A DNA stretch of 64,000 bases from the human T2T-CHM13v2.0 reference genome, Homo sapiens. The notes under the pieces were generated by a model. It was given only the letters and a program-made list of their open reading frames with translations. It did not search any database and was not told the DNA's origin. Where the stretch lies: assembly GCF_009914755.1 (NCBI RefSeq), contig NC_060926.1; one strand, written 5' to 3'. Numbering within the stretch: the first letter of the stretch is position 1; the number at the start of each line of letters is the position of its first letter. The position numbers and the translations under genes are program-made. This document shows positions 29,901-43,654 of the stretch, piece after piece.

Positions 29901-30512
29901 ATTTGAGAGGAATCATCATCGAATGGAATTGAACAGAATCATCAAATGGACTCGAATGGAATCCTCATTGAATGGAATCGAATGGAATCATTCAATGGAG
30001 TCGAATGGAATCATCAGCAAATGGAATCGAATGGAATCATTGAATATCAACGAATGGAATCATCATCGAATGGAGTCGAATGGAATCATCAAACGAACTC
30101 GAATGCAATCATCATAGAATGGAATCGAATGGAATCTTTGAATGGACCTGAATGGAATCATCATCGAATGCAAACGAATGGAATCATCATCAAATGGAAT
30201 CACATGGAATCATCAAATGGAAAAGAATTGAATAATCATAGAAAGGAATTGAATAGAATCATCGAATGAAACCGAATGGAATCATCATCGAATGGAATTG
30301 AATGGAATCATCATCGAATGCAATTGAATGGAATCATCATCGAATGGAATCGAATGGAATCACCAACGAATGGAATTCAAAGGAATCATCATCGAATGGA
30401 ACCAAATAGAATCATCAAATGGACTCGAAAGGAATCATCGAATGGACTCGAATGGAGTTGTCATCGAATGGAATCAAATGGAATCATCGAACAGAATTGA
30501 ATCGAATCCTCA
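23921..30512 (+). repeat. Higher-order unit 5 (6592 bp, type B)
   Basis: Marker at 23921, next at 30513. ACGCGT at 25700. Two GAATTTAGTC copies and no TTATGCTCG. Confidence 0.9.
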
Positions 30513-33500
30513 TTGAATGAAATCAAATGGAATCATCGAATGGACTCGAATGGAAGCAATATCAAATGGAATCGAAAGGAATCATGGAATGCATTCAAAG
30601 GGAATAATCAAATGGACTCAAATGGATTCAACATCAAGTGGAATCGAAAGGAATCATCGAATGGACAGGAATGGAATCATCATCGAATGGAATCGAATGG
30701 AATCATCGAATGGACATGAATGGAATCACTATCCAATGGAACCGAATGGAATCATCATGGAATGGAACCGGAAGGAGTCGTCATCAAATGGAATCCAATG
30801 AAATCATTGAATGGACTCGAATGGAATCATCATCAACTGGAATTGAATGGAATCATCGAACGGACTCCAGTGGAATCATCGGAGAATGGAATCGAATGGA
30901 ATTATCAAACGGACTCAAATGGAATAAACTTTGAATGGAATCGAGGGGAATCATCAAATGGAATCGAATGTAATCATCGAACGGAATCGAATGGCATCAC
31001 CGAATGGAATCCAATGGAATCACCATTGAATGGACTCGAATGGAATCATCATTGAATGGAATCGAATGGAATCATCGAATGGACTCGAATGGAATCATCA
31101 TCGATTGGAATCAAATGGAATCATCGAATGGAATCGAAAGGAATCATCATCAACTGTAATGAACTGGAATCATTGAAAGGAATCGAATGGAATCGTCATC
31201 AAAAATAATCGAATAGAATAATCAAATGGAATCAAATGCAATCAACATCAAATGGAAACGAATGTTATCCTAGAATGACATCGAATGGAATCCTCATCGA
31301 ATGGAATCAAAGGGAATCAATATCGACTGGAATCGAAAGCAATCATTGAATGGACTTGAATACAATCATCAAATGGATTTGAAGGGAATCCTCATTGAAT
31401 GGAATAGAACAAAAACATTGAATGGACACGAATGGAATCATCATCGAATGGAATCAAATGGAGTCATCAAATGGACTCGAATGGAATCATCATCAAATGG
31501 GATCATCATCAAATGGAATCGAATTGAGTCATCGAATGGACACGAATGAATGAACAAATGGACTCGAATGGAAACATCAAATAGAATCGAATGGAATCAT
31601 CGAAAGGAATTGAATGGAATTATTGAATGGACTCGAATGGAATCATCTAATGGACACGAATGGAATAATCATAAAATGGAATCGAATGTTATCATCAAAT
31701 GGACTCGAATGAATGGAATCATTGAATGGACTCGAATGGAATCATCGAATGGACTCAAATGGAATCATCATCAAATGGAATCGAATGGAATCATCGAATG
31801 GACTCGAATGGAATCATCAAATGGAATCTAACCGAATCGTCATCGAATGGAATCGAATGGAATCATCGAATGGAATTGAAGGCAATCATCATCGAATGGA
31901 ATCGAATGGAATCATCATCAAATGGAATCAAGCGGAAGGAATCATCAAATGGAATCAAATGGAATCATTGTTGAATGGAATGGAATGGAATGGAATGGAA
32001 TCATTGAATGGAATTGAATGGGATCACCAATGAACGGAATCAAATGGAATCATCTTCTAATGGAATCGGAAGGAATCATCAAATACACTCGAATGGAATC
32101 ATCATCGAATGGAATCGTGTGGAATCGTCGAATGAACTGGAAATGAATCATAATCAAATGCAATTAAAATGAATCATCATCGAAAGGAATCACATGGAAT
32201 CATCATCGAATGGAATCATAGGGAAACATCACAGAATGGAATTGAATGGAATCATCAGTTGGACTCGAATGGAATCATCAAATACACTCTAAGGGACGCG
32301 TCAAATGGACTCGAACGGAATCATCATCGAATGGAATCGAATGGGATCATCGAAAGGACTCGAATCAAATCTTCAAAAGGACTCAAAGGGAATCATTGTA
32401 GAATGGAAATGAATAGAGTCATCAGACAGCCTCGAATGGAAACATCATTGAATGGAATTGATTGGAAACATCGAATTCACTCGAATGGAATCATCATCTG
32501 ATGGAATTGAATGGAATCATCGAATGGACACAAATGGAATCATCATCAAATGGAATCCATTGGAACGATCGAATGGAATCGCATGGAATTATCAAATGGA
32601 ATCGAATGCAATCATCATTGAATGGAATCGAATGGAATCATCGAATGGTATACAAAGGAATCACCATTGAATGCCCTCACATGGAATCATCATCATATAG
32701 AGTAGAAAGGAATCATTGAATGGACTCGAATGGAACCATCATTGAATGGAATCACCAAATGGAATCAAATGGAATCATCATCAAATGAAATCAAACGGAA
32801 TCATCAAATGGAATCGAATGGAATCATCATTGAATGGATTCGAATAGAATCTTTGAATGAAATTGAATGGAATCAGCATGAAATGGAATTTAAAGGAATC
32901 ATAGAATGGTATCGAATGGAATCATCATCGAATGGAATGGAATGGAATGGAATGGAATCAGCATAGAATGGAAACAAAAGCAATCATTCAATGGAATCTA
33001 ATAGAATCATCGAATAGACTTGAATGTAATCATCATCGAATGGAGAAGAATGGAATCATCCAATGGACAGAAATGGAATCATCCTCGAATGGAATCGAAT
33101 GGAATCATTTAATGGACCCGAATGGAATCATCATTGAATGGAATAGAATGGAATCGTCATCGAATGGAATCATATGGAATCATCTAATGGACCCGAATGG
33201 AATCATCATCGAATTGAATAGAATGCAATCATCATCAAATGGAATCGAATGGAATCATCAAATGGAATCGAATGGAGTCATTGTCTAATGCAATCGAATG
33301 AAATCATAGTATGGAATCCCATGAAATCAACATCGAATGGAATCGATTGGAATCATTATCAAATAGAATTGAATGGAATCACTGAATGGAATCATCATCA
33401 AATGGACTCCAACGGAATCATCGAATTGACTCTAATGGAATCATCACTGAATGGAACAGAACGGAATAATCAAATGGAAACGAATGGAATCATCATCGAA

Positions 33501-36500
33501 TGGAATCGAATGGTATCATCAAATGCACTTGAATGGAATCATCAATGAATGCAATCGAATGGTATAATCGAATGGAATCAAATGGAATCATCTTCGAGTG
33601 GAACCTAAAGGAATCGCCAAATGGACTCCAATGGAATAATCATCATATGGAATCGAGTGGAATCATCGAATGTACTCGAATGGAATCATCGAATGTACTC
33701 GAATGGAATCATCGAATGGAATCGAATGGAATCATGGTCGAACGGAAAAGAATGGAATCATCAAGTGGACACGAATGGAATCAACATCTAATGGAATGGA
33801 ATGGAATCATCAAATGGAATGGAATGGAATCATCATCGAATGGAATAAAATGGAATAATCAAATGGAATCAAATGGAATCATCAATGAATGGAATCGAAT
33901 GGTATCATGGAATGGAATTGAATGGAATCGTCTTTGAGTGGAATCTAAAGGAATCACCGAATGGACTCCAATCATCAGATGGAATCGAGTGGAATCATCG
34001 AATGTAGTCGAATGCAATCATCATCGAATGGAATTGAATTTAATCAACGAATGGAATACAAAGGAATCATAGAATGGACTCGAATGGAATCATCATTGAA
34101 TGGAATGAAATGGAATCATCATGGAATGGAATTGAATGGAATCATGGAATGGACTCAAATGGAATCATCATCGAATGAAATCGTATGGAATCATCGAATG
34201 CAACTGAATGGAATCATTGAATGGACTTGAAAGGAATTATTATGGAATGGAATTGAATGGAATCATTGAATGGACTTGAAAGGAATCATCATCAAGTGGA
34301 ATCGAATGGAATCGTTGAATGGACTCGAATTGAATCTTTGAATGGAATCGAATGGAATCATCATTGAATGGAGTCAAATGCAATCATCATCAAAAGGAAT
34401 TGAATGGAATTTTCATTGAATGGACTCGAATGGAATCATCATCAAATGGAATCTAATCGAATCATCAATGAAGGGAATCGAATGGAATCATCATCGAATG
34501 GAATCGAATGGAATCATCAACAAGTGGAAACGAATGAAATCATTGAATGGAATCCAATGGTGTCATCGAATGGACACGAAAGGAATCATCGAATGGAATC
34601 AAATGGAATCACCATCGAATGAAATCAAATGGAATCACCATCGAATGGAATGTTATGAAATCATCTCATGGACTCGAAGGGAATCATCATCGAATGGAAT
34701 CGAATGGAATCATTGAATGAAATGGAAAGGAATCACCATCGAATGGAATGTTATGGAATCTTCTAATGGACTCAAAGGGAATCATCATCGAATGGAATCG
34801 AATGGAATCATTGAATGCAATTGAATGGAATCATCATCAAATGGAATCGAATGGAATCATCGAATGGAATCTGAATGGAATCATCAATGAATGGAATCAA
34901 ATGGAATCATCTAATGGACGTGAATGGAATCATCATCGAAAGCAATGAAATGTAATTCAATCGAATGGACATGAATGGAATCATCATTGAATGGAATCAA
35001 ATGGAATCCTCATCGAATGGAATCAAATGGAATCATCAAATGGAATAGAATGGAGTCATCGTCGAATGTAATCGAATGTAATCATCGAATGGCATCGAAT
35101 GGAATCATCGACTGGAAAAGAATGGAATCATCATCGAATGGAAATGAATAGAATCACAGAATGAAATCGAATGGAATCATCATCGAATGGAGTCTAATGG
35201 AATAATCATCGAATGGAATAGAATGGAATCATCGAGTGGACACGATTGGAATCATCATTGAATGCAATCGAATAGAATCATCAAATGGACTTGAATGGAA
35301 ACAACATCGAATGGAATCGAATTTAGTCATTGAATGGCATTGAGTGGAATCATCATTGAATGGAATCTAAGGAAATCATCGAATGGCCTGGAGTGGAATC
35401 ATCGAATGGACTGGAGTGGAATCATCGAATGGACTCGAGGGGAATCATCATTGAATGGAATCTGGTGGAATCATTGAATGGACTCGAATGGAATAATCGA
35501 ATGGGCTTGAGTGGAATCATCATCAAATGGAATCAAAAGGAATCATCAAATGGACTTGAATGGAAACAACATCGAATGGAATCGAATTTAGTCATTGAAT
35601 TGCACTGAGTGGAATCATCATTCAATGGAATCTAAGGAAATCATCGAATGGACTCGAGTGGAATCATCGAATGGACTCGAGGGGAATCATCATTGAATGG
35701 AATCGACTGTAATCATCGATTGGACTAGAATGGAATCATCATTGAATGGAATCGAATGGAATCAACGAATGGACTCGAATAGAATCATCATCGAATGGAA
35801 TCGAATGGAATCAAAGAATGGACTCTAATGGAGTCATCATCAAATGGAATCTAATGGAATCATCTAATGGACCTGAAAGGAATCATCATTGAATGGAATC
35901 GAATGGAATCATCGAATGGACTCGAATGGAATCATCATCGAGTGGAATCTAATGGAATCATTGAATGGACTCGAATGGAATAATCGAATGGGCTTGAGTG
36001 GAATCATCATCAAATGGAATCGAATGGAATCATCAAATGGACTCGAATGGAATCATCGTCAAATGGAATCGAATGGAATCATCATCAAAGGGAATCGAAT
36101 GGAATCCTCATCGAATGGAATCGAACGGAATCATCATCGAATGGAATCACCAAATTGAATCGAATGGAATGATCGTCAAAGACAATCGAAGGGAAACATC
36201 GAATGGGATTGAACGGAGTCATCGAATGGAATCGATAGGAATCATCGAATGGATTCAAATGCAATCATCATCGAATGGAAACGAATGGAATCATCGAATG
36301 GACACGAATGGGATCATCATCAAATAGGATTGAATGGAATCATCAAATGGCATCGAATGGAATCACCATTGAATGGAATCGAATGGAATCATCGAATGGC
36401 ATCGAATGGAATCATCATCGAATAAAATCAAATGGAATAATCGAATGTACTCGAATGGAATCATCAAATGGATTTGAGAGGAATCATCATCGAATGGAAT

Positions 36501-37083
36501 TGAACAGAATCATCAAATGGACTCGAATGGAATCCTCATTGAATTGAATCGAATGGTAGCATTGAATGGATTCGAATGGAATCATCAGCAAATGGAATCG
36601 AATGGAATCATTGAATATCAACGAATGGAATCATCATCGAATGCAGTCGAGTGGAATCATCAAACGAACTCGAATGCAATCATCATAGAATGGAATCGAA
36701 TGGAATCTTTGAATGGACCTGAATGGAATCATCATCGATTGCAAACGAATGGAATCATCATCAAATGGAATCACATGGAATCATCAAATGGAAAAGAATT
36801 GAATAATCATAGAAAGGAATTGAACAGAATCATCGAATGAAACCGAATGGAATCATCATCGAATGGAATTGAATGGAATCATCATCGAATGCAATTGAAT
36901 GGAATCATCATCGAATGGAATCGAATGGAATCACCAACGAATGGAATTCAAAGGAATCATCATCGAATGGAACCAAATAGAATCATCAAATGGACTCGAA
37001 AGGAATCATCGAATGGACTCGAATGGAGTTGTCATCGAATGGAATCAAATGGAATCATCGAACAGAATTGAATCGAATCCTCA
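30513..37083 (+). repeat. Higher-order unit 6 (6571 bp, type B)
   Basis: Marker at 30513, next at 37084. ACGCGT at 32296. Confidence 0.92.
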
Positions 37084-40000
37084 TTGAATGAAATCAAATG
37101 GAATCATCGAATGGACTCGAATGGAAGCAATATCAAATGGAATCGAAAGGAATCATGGAATGCATTCAAAGGGAATAATCAAATGGACTCAAATGGATTC
37201 AACATCAAGTGGAATCGAAAGGAATCATCGAATGGACAGGAATGGAATCATCATCGAATGGAATCGAATGGAATCATCGAATGGACATGAATGGAATCAC
37301 TATCCAATGGAACCGAATGGAATCATCATGGAATGGAACCGGAAGGAGTCGTCATCAAATGGAATCCAATGAAATCATTGAATGGACTCGAATGGAATCA
37401 TCATCAACTGGAATTGAATGGAATCATCGAACGGACTCCAGTGGAATCATCGGAGAATGGAATCGAATGGAATTATCAAACGGACTCAAATGGAATAAAC
37501 TTTGAATGGAATCGAGGGGAATCATCAAATGGAATCGAATGTAATCATCGAACGGAATCGAATGGCATCACCGAATGGAATCCAATGGAATCACCATTGA
37601 ATGGACTCGAATGGAATCATCATTGAATGGAATCGAATGGAATCATCGAATGGACTCGAATGGAATCATCATCGATTGGAATCAAATGGAATCATCGAAT
37701 GGAATCGAAAGGAATCATCATCAACTGTAATGAACTGGAATCATTGAAAGGAATCGAATGGAATCGTCATCAAAAATAATCGAATAGAATAATCAAATGG
37801 AATCAAATGCAATCAACATCAAATGGAAACGAATGTTATCCTAGAATGACATCGAATGGAATCCTCATCGAATGGAATCAAAGGGAATCAATATCGACTG
37901 GAATCGAAAGCAATCATTGAATGGACTTGAATACAATCATCAAATGGATTTGAAGGGAATCCTCATTGAATGGAATAGAACAAAAACATTGAATGGACAC
38001 GAATGGAATCATCATCGAATGGAATCAAATGGAGTCATCAAATGGACTCGAATGGAATCATCATCAAATGGGATCATCATCAAATGGAATCGAATTGAGT
38101 CATCGAATGGACACGAATGAATGAACAAATGGACTCGAATGGAAACATCAAATAGAATCGAATGGAATCATCGAAAGGAATTGAATGGAATTATTGAATG
38201 GACTCGAATGGAATCATCTAATGGACACGAATGGAATAATCATAAAATGGAATCGAATGTTATCATCAAATGGACTCGAATGAATGGAATCATTGAATGG
38301 ACTCGAATGGAATCATCGAATGGACTCAAATGGAATCATCATCAAATGGAATCGAATGGAATCATCGAATGGACTCGAATGGAATCATCAAATGGAATCT
38401 AACCGAATCGTCATCGAATGGAATCGAATGGAATCATCGAATGGAATTGAAGGCAATCATCATCGAATGGAATCGAATGGAATCATCATCAAATGGAATC
38501 AAGCGGAAGGAATCATCAAATGGAATCAAATGGAATCATTGTTGAATGGAATGGAATGGAATGGAATGGAATCATTGAATGGAATTGAATGGGATCACCA
38601 ATGAACGGAATCAAATGGAATCATCTTCTAATGGAATCGGAAGGAATCATCAAATACACTCGAATGGAATCATCATCGAATGGAATCGTGTGGAATCGTC
38701 GAATGAACTGGAAATGAATCATAATCAAATGCAATTAAAATGAATCATCATCGAAAGGAATCACATGGAATCATCATCGAATGGAATCATAGGGAAACAT
38801 CACAGAATGGAATTGAATGGAATCATCAGTTGGACTCGAATGGAATCATCAAATACACTCTAAGGGACGCGTCAAATGGACTCGAACGGAATCATCATCG
38901 AATGGAATCGAATGGGATCATCGAAAGGACTCGAATCAAATCTTCAAAAGGACTCAAAGGGAATCATTGTAGAATGGAAATGAATAGAGTCATCAGACAG
39001 CCTCGAATGGAAACATCATTGAATGGAATTGATTGGAAACATCGAATTCACTCGAATGGAATCATCATCTGATGGAATTGAATGGAATCATCGAATGGAC
39101 ACAAATGGAATCATCATCAAATGGAATCCATTGGAACGATCGAATGGAATCGCATGGAATTATCAAATGGAATCGAATGCAATCATCATTGAATGGAATC
39201 GAATGGAATCATCGAATGGTATACAAAGGAATCACCATTGAATGCCCTCACATGGAATCATCATCATATAGAGTAGAAAGGAATCATTGAATGGACTCGA
39301 ATGGAACCATCATTGAATGGAATCACCAAATGGAATCAAATGGAATCATCATCAAATGAAATCAAACGGAATCATCAAATGGAATCGAATGGAATCATCA
39401 TTGAATGGATTCGAATAGAATCTTTGAATGAAATTGAATGGAATCAGCATGAAATGGAATTTAAAGGAATCATAGAATGGTATCGAATGGAATCATCATC
39501 GAATGGAATGGAATGGAATGGAATGGAATCAGCATAGAATGGAAACAAAAGCAATCATTCAATGGAATCTAATAGAATCATCGAATAGACTTGAATGTAA
39601 TCATCATCGAATGGAGAAGAATGGAATCATCCAATGGACAGAAATGGAATCATCCTCGAATGGAATCGAATGGAATCATTTAATGGACCCGAATGGAATC
39701 ATCATTGAATGGAATAGAATGGAATCGTCATCGAATGGAATCATATGGAATCATCTAATGGACCCGAATGGAATCATCATCGAATTGAATAGAATGCAAT
39801 CATCATCAAATGGAATCGAATGGAATCATCAAATGGAATCGAATGGAGTCATTGTCTAATGCAATCGAATGAAATCATAGTATGGAATCCCATGAAATCA
39901 ACATCGAATGGAATCGATTGGAATCATTATCAAATAGAATTGAATGGAATCACTGAATGGAATCATCATCAAATGGACTCCAACGGAATCATCGAATTGA

Positions 40001-43000
40001 CTCTAATGGAATCATCACTGAATGGAACAGAACGGAATAATCAAATGGAAACGAATGGAATCATCATCGAATGGAATCGAATGGTATCATCAAATGCACT
40101 TGAATGGAATCATCAATGAATGCAATCGAATGGTATAATCGAATGGAATCAAATGGAATCATCTTCGAGTGGAACCTAAAGGAATCGCCAAATGGACTCC
40201 AATGGAATAATCATCATATGGAATCGAGTGGAATCATCGAATGTACTCGAATGGAATCATCGAATGTACTCGAATGGAATCATCGAATGGAATCGAATGG
40301 AATCATGGTCGAACGGAAAAGAATGGAATCATCAAGTGGACACGAATGGAATCAACATCTAATGGAATGGAATGGAATCATCAAATGGAATGGAATGGAA
40401 TCATCATCGAATGGAATAAAATGGAATAATCAAATGGAATCAAATGGAATCATCAATGAATGGAATCGAATGGTATCATGGAATGGAATTGAATGGAATC
40501 GTCTTTGAGTGGAATCTAAAGGAATCACCGAATGGACTCCAATCATCAGATGGAATCGAGTGGAATCATCGAATGTAGTCGAATGCAATCATCATCGAAT
40601 GGAATTGAATTTAATCAACGAATGGAATACAAAGGAATCATAGAATGGACTCGAATGGAATCATCATTGAATGGAATGAAATGGAATCATCATGGAATGG
40701 AATTGAATGGAATCATGGAATGGACTCAAATGGAATCATCATCGAATGAAATCGTATGGAATCATCGAATGCAACTGAATGGAATCATTGAATGGACTTG
40801 AAAGGAATTATTATGGAATGGAATTGAATGGAATCATTGAATGGACTTGAAAGGAATCATCATCAAGTGGAATCGAATGGAATCGTTGAATGGACTCGAA
40901 TTGAATCTTTGAATGGAATCGAATGGAATCATCATTGAATGGAGTCAAATGCAATCATCATCAAAAGGAATTGAATGGAATTTTCATTGAATGGACTCGA
41001 ATGGAATCATCATCAAATGGAATCTAATCGAATCATCAATGAAGGGAATCGAATGGAATCATCATCGAATGGAATCGAATGGAATCATCAACAAGTGGAA
41101 ACGAATGAAATCATTGAATGGAATCCAATGGTGTCATCGAATGGACACGAAAGGAATCATCGAATGGAATCAAATGGAATCACCATCGAATGAAATCAAA
41201 TGGAATCACCATCGAATGGAATGTTATGAAATCATCTCATGGACTCGAAGGGAATCATCATCGAATGGAATCGAATGGAATCATTGAATGAAATGGAAAG
41301 GAATCACCATCGAATGGAATGTTATGGAATCTTCTAATGGACTCAAAGGGAATCATCATCGAATGGAATCGAATGGAATCATTGAATGCAATTGAATGGA
41401 ATCATCATCAAATGGAATCGAATGGAATCATCGAATGGAATCTGAATGGAATCATCAATGAATGGAATCAAATGGAATCATCTAATGGACGTGAATGGAA
41501 TCATCATCGAAAGCAATGAAATGTAATTCAATCGAATGGACATGAATGGAATCATCATTGAATGGAATCAAATGGAATCCTCATCGAATGGAATCAAATG
41601 GAATCATCAAATGGAATAGAATGGAGTCATCGTCGAATGTAATCGAATGTAATCATCGAATGGCATCGAATGGAATCATCGACTGGAAAAGAATGGAATC
41701 ATCATCGAATGGAAATGAATAGAATCACAGAATGAAATCGAATGGAATCATCATCGAATGGAGTCTAATGGAATAATCATCGAATGGAATAGAATGGAAT
41801 CATCGAGTGGACACGAATGGAATCATCATTGAATGCAATCGAATAGAATCATCAAATGGACTTGAATGGAAACAACATCGAATGGAATCGAATTTAGTCA
41901 TTGAATGGCATTGAGTGGAATCATCATTGAATGGAATCTAAGGAAATCATCGAATGGCCTGGAGTGGAATCATCGAATGGACTGGAGTGGAATCATCGAA
42001 TGGACTCGAGGGGAATCATCATTGAATGGAATCTGGTGGAATCATTGAATGGACTCGAATGGAATAATCGAATGGGCTTGAGTGGAATCATCATCAAATG
42101 GAATCAAAAGGAATCATCAAATGGACTTGAATGGAAACAACATCGAATGGAATCGAATTTAGTCATTGAATTGCACTGAGTGGAATCATCATTCAATGGA
42201 ATCTAAGGAAATCATCGAATGGACTCGAGTGGAATCATCGAATGGACTCGAGGGGAATCATCATTGAATGGAATCGACTGTAATCATCGATTGGACTAGA
42301 ATGGAATCATCATTGAATGGAATCGAATGGAATCAACGAATGGACTCGAATAGAATCATCATCGAATGGAATCGAATGGAATCAAAGAATGGACTCTAAT
42401 GGAGTCATCATCAAATGGAATCTAATGGAATCATCTAATGGACCTGAAAGGAATCATCATTGAATGGAATCGAATGGAATCATCGAATGGACTCGAATGG
42501 AATCATCATCGAGTGGAATCTAATGGAATCATTGAATGGACTCGAATGGAATAATCGAATGGGCTTGAGTGGAATCATCATCAAATGGAATCGAATGGAA
42601 TCATCAAATGGACTCGAATGGAATCATCGTCAAATGGAATCGAATGGAATCATCATCAAAGGGAATCGAATGGAATCCTCATCGAATGGAATCGAACGGA
42701 ATCATCATCGAATGGAATCACCAAATTGAATCGAATGGAATGATCGTCAAAGACAATCGAAGGGAAACATCGAATGGGATTGAACGGAGTCATCGAATGG
42801 AATCGATAGGAATCATCGAATGGATTCAAATGCAATCATCATCGAATGGAAACGAATGGAATCATCGAATGGACACGAATGGGATCATCATCAAATAGGA
42901 TTGAATGGAATCATCAAATGGCATCGAATGGAATCACCATTGAATGGAATCGAATGGAATCATCGAATGGCATCGAATGGAATCATCATCGAATAAAATC

Positions 43001-43654
43001 AAATGGAATAATCGAATGTACTCGAATGGAATCATCAAATGGATTTGAGAGGAATCATCATCGAATGGAATTGAACAGAATCATCAAATGGACTCGAATG
43101 GAATCCTCATTGAATTGAATCGAATGGTAGCATTGAATGGATTCGAATGGAATCATCAGCAAATGGAATCGAATGGAATCATTGAATATCAACGAATGGA
43201 ATCATCATCGAATGCAGTCGAGTGGAATCATCAAACGAACTCGAATGCAATCATCATAGAATGGAATCGAATGGAATCTTTGAATGGACCTGAATGGAAT
43301 CATCATCGATTGCAAACGAATGGAATCATCATCAAATGGAATCACATGGAATCATCAAATGGAAAAGAATTGAATAATCATAGAAAGGAATTGAACAGAA
43401 TCATCGAATGAAACCGAATGGAATCATCATCGAATGGAATCGAATGGAATCATCATTGAATGCAATTGAATGGAATCATCATAGAATGGAATCAAATGGA
43501 ATCATCATCGAATGGAATCGAATGGAATCATCAACGAATGGAACCAAATAGAATCATCAAATGGACTCGAAAGGAATCATCGAATGGACTCGAATGGAGT
43601 TGTCATCGAATGGAATCAAATGGAATCATCGAACGGAATTGAATCGAATCATCA
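37084..43654 (+). repeat. Higher-order unit 7 (6571 bp, type B; near-identical to unit 6)
   Basis: Marker at 37084, next at 43655. ACGCGT at 38867. ORF translations match unit 6 at +6571. Confidence 0.92.

Noticed and set aside
6617-43654. 6571 - 6306 = 265, equal to the B-specific internal duplication
   Set aside because: The two unit types also differ by many other indels (49, 49, 65, 75, 98, 26 bp and smaller), so the equality reflects cancellation and is not evidence of a single-step origin or a length constraint.
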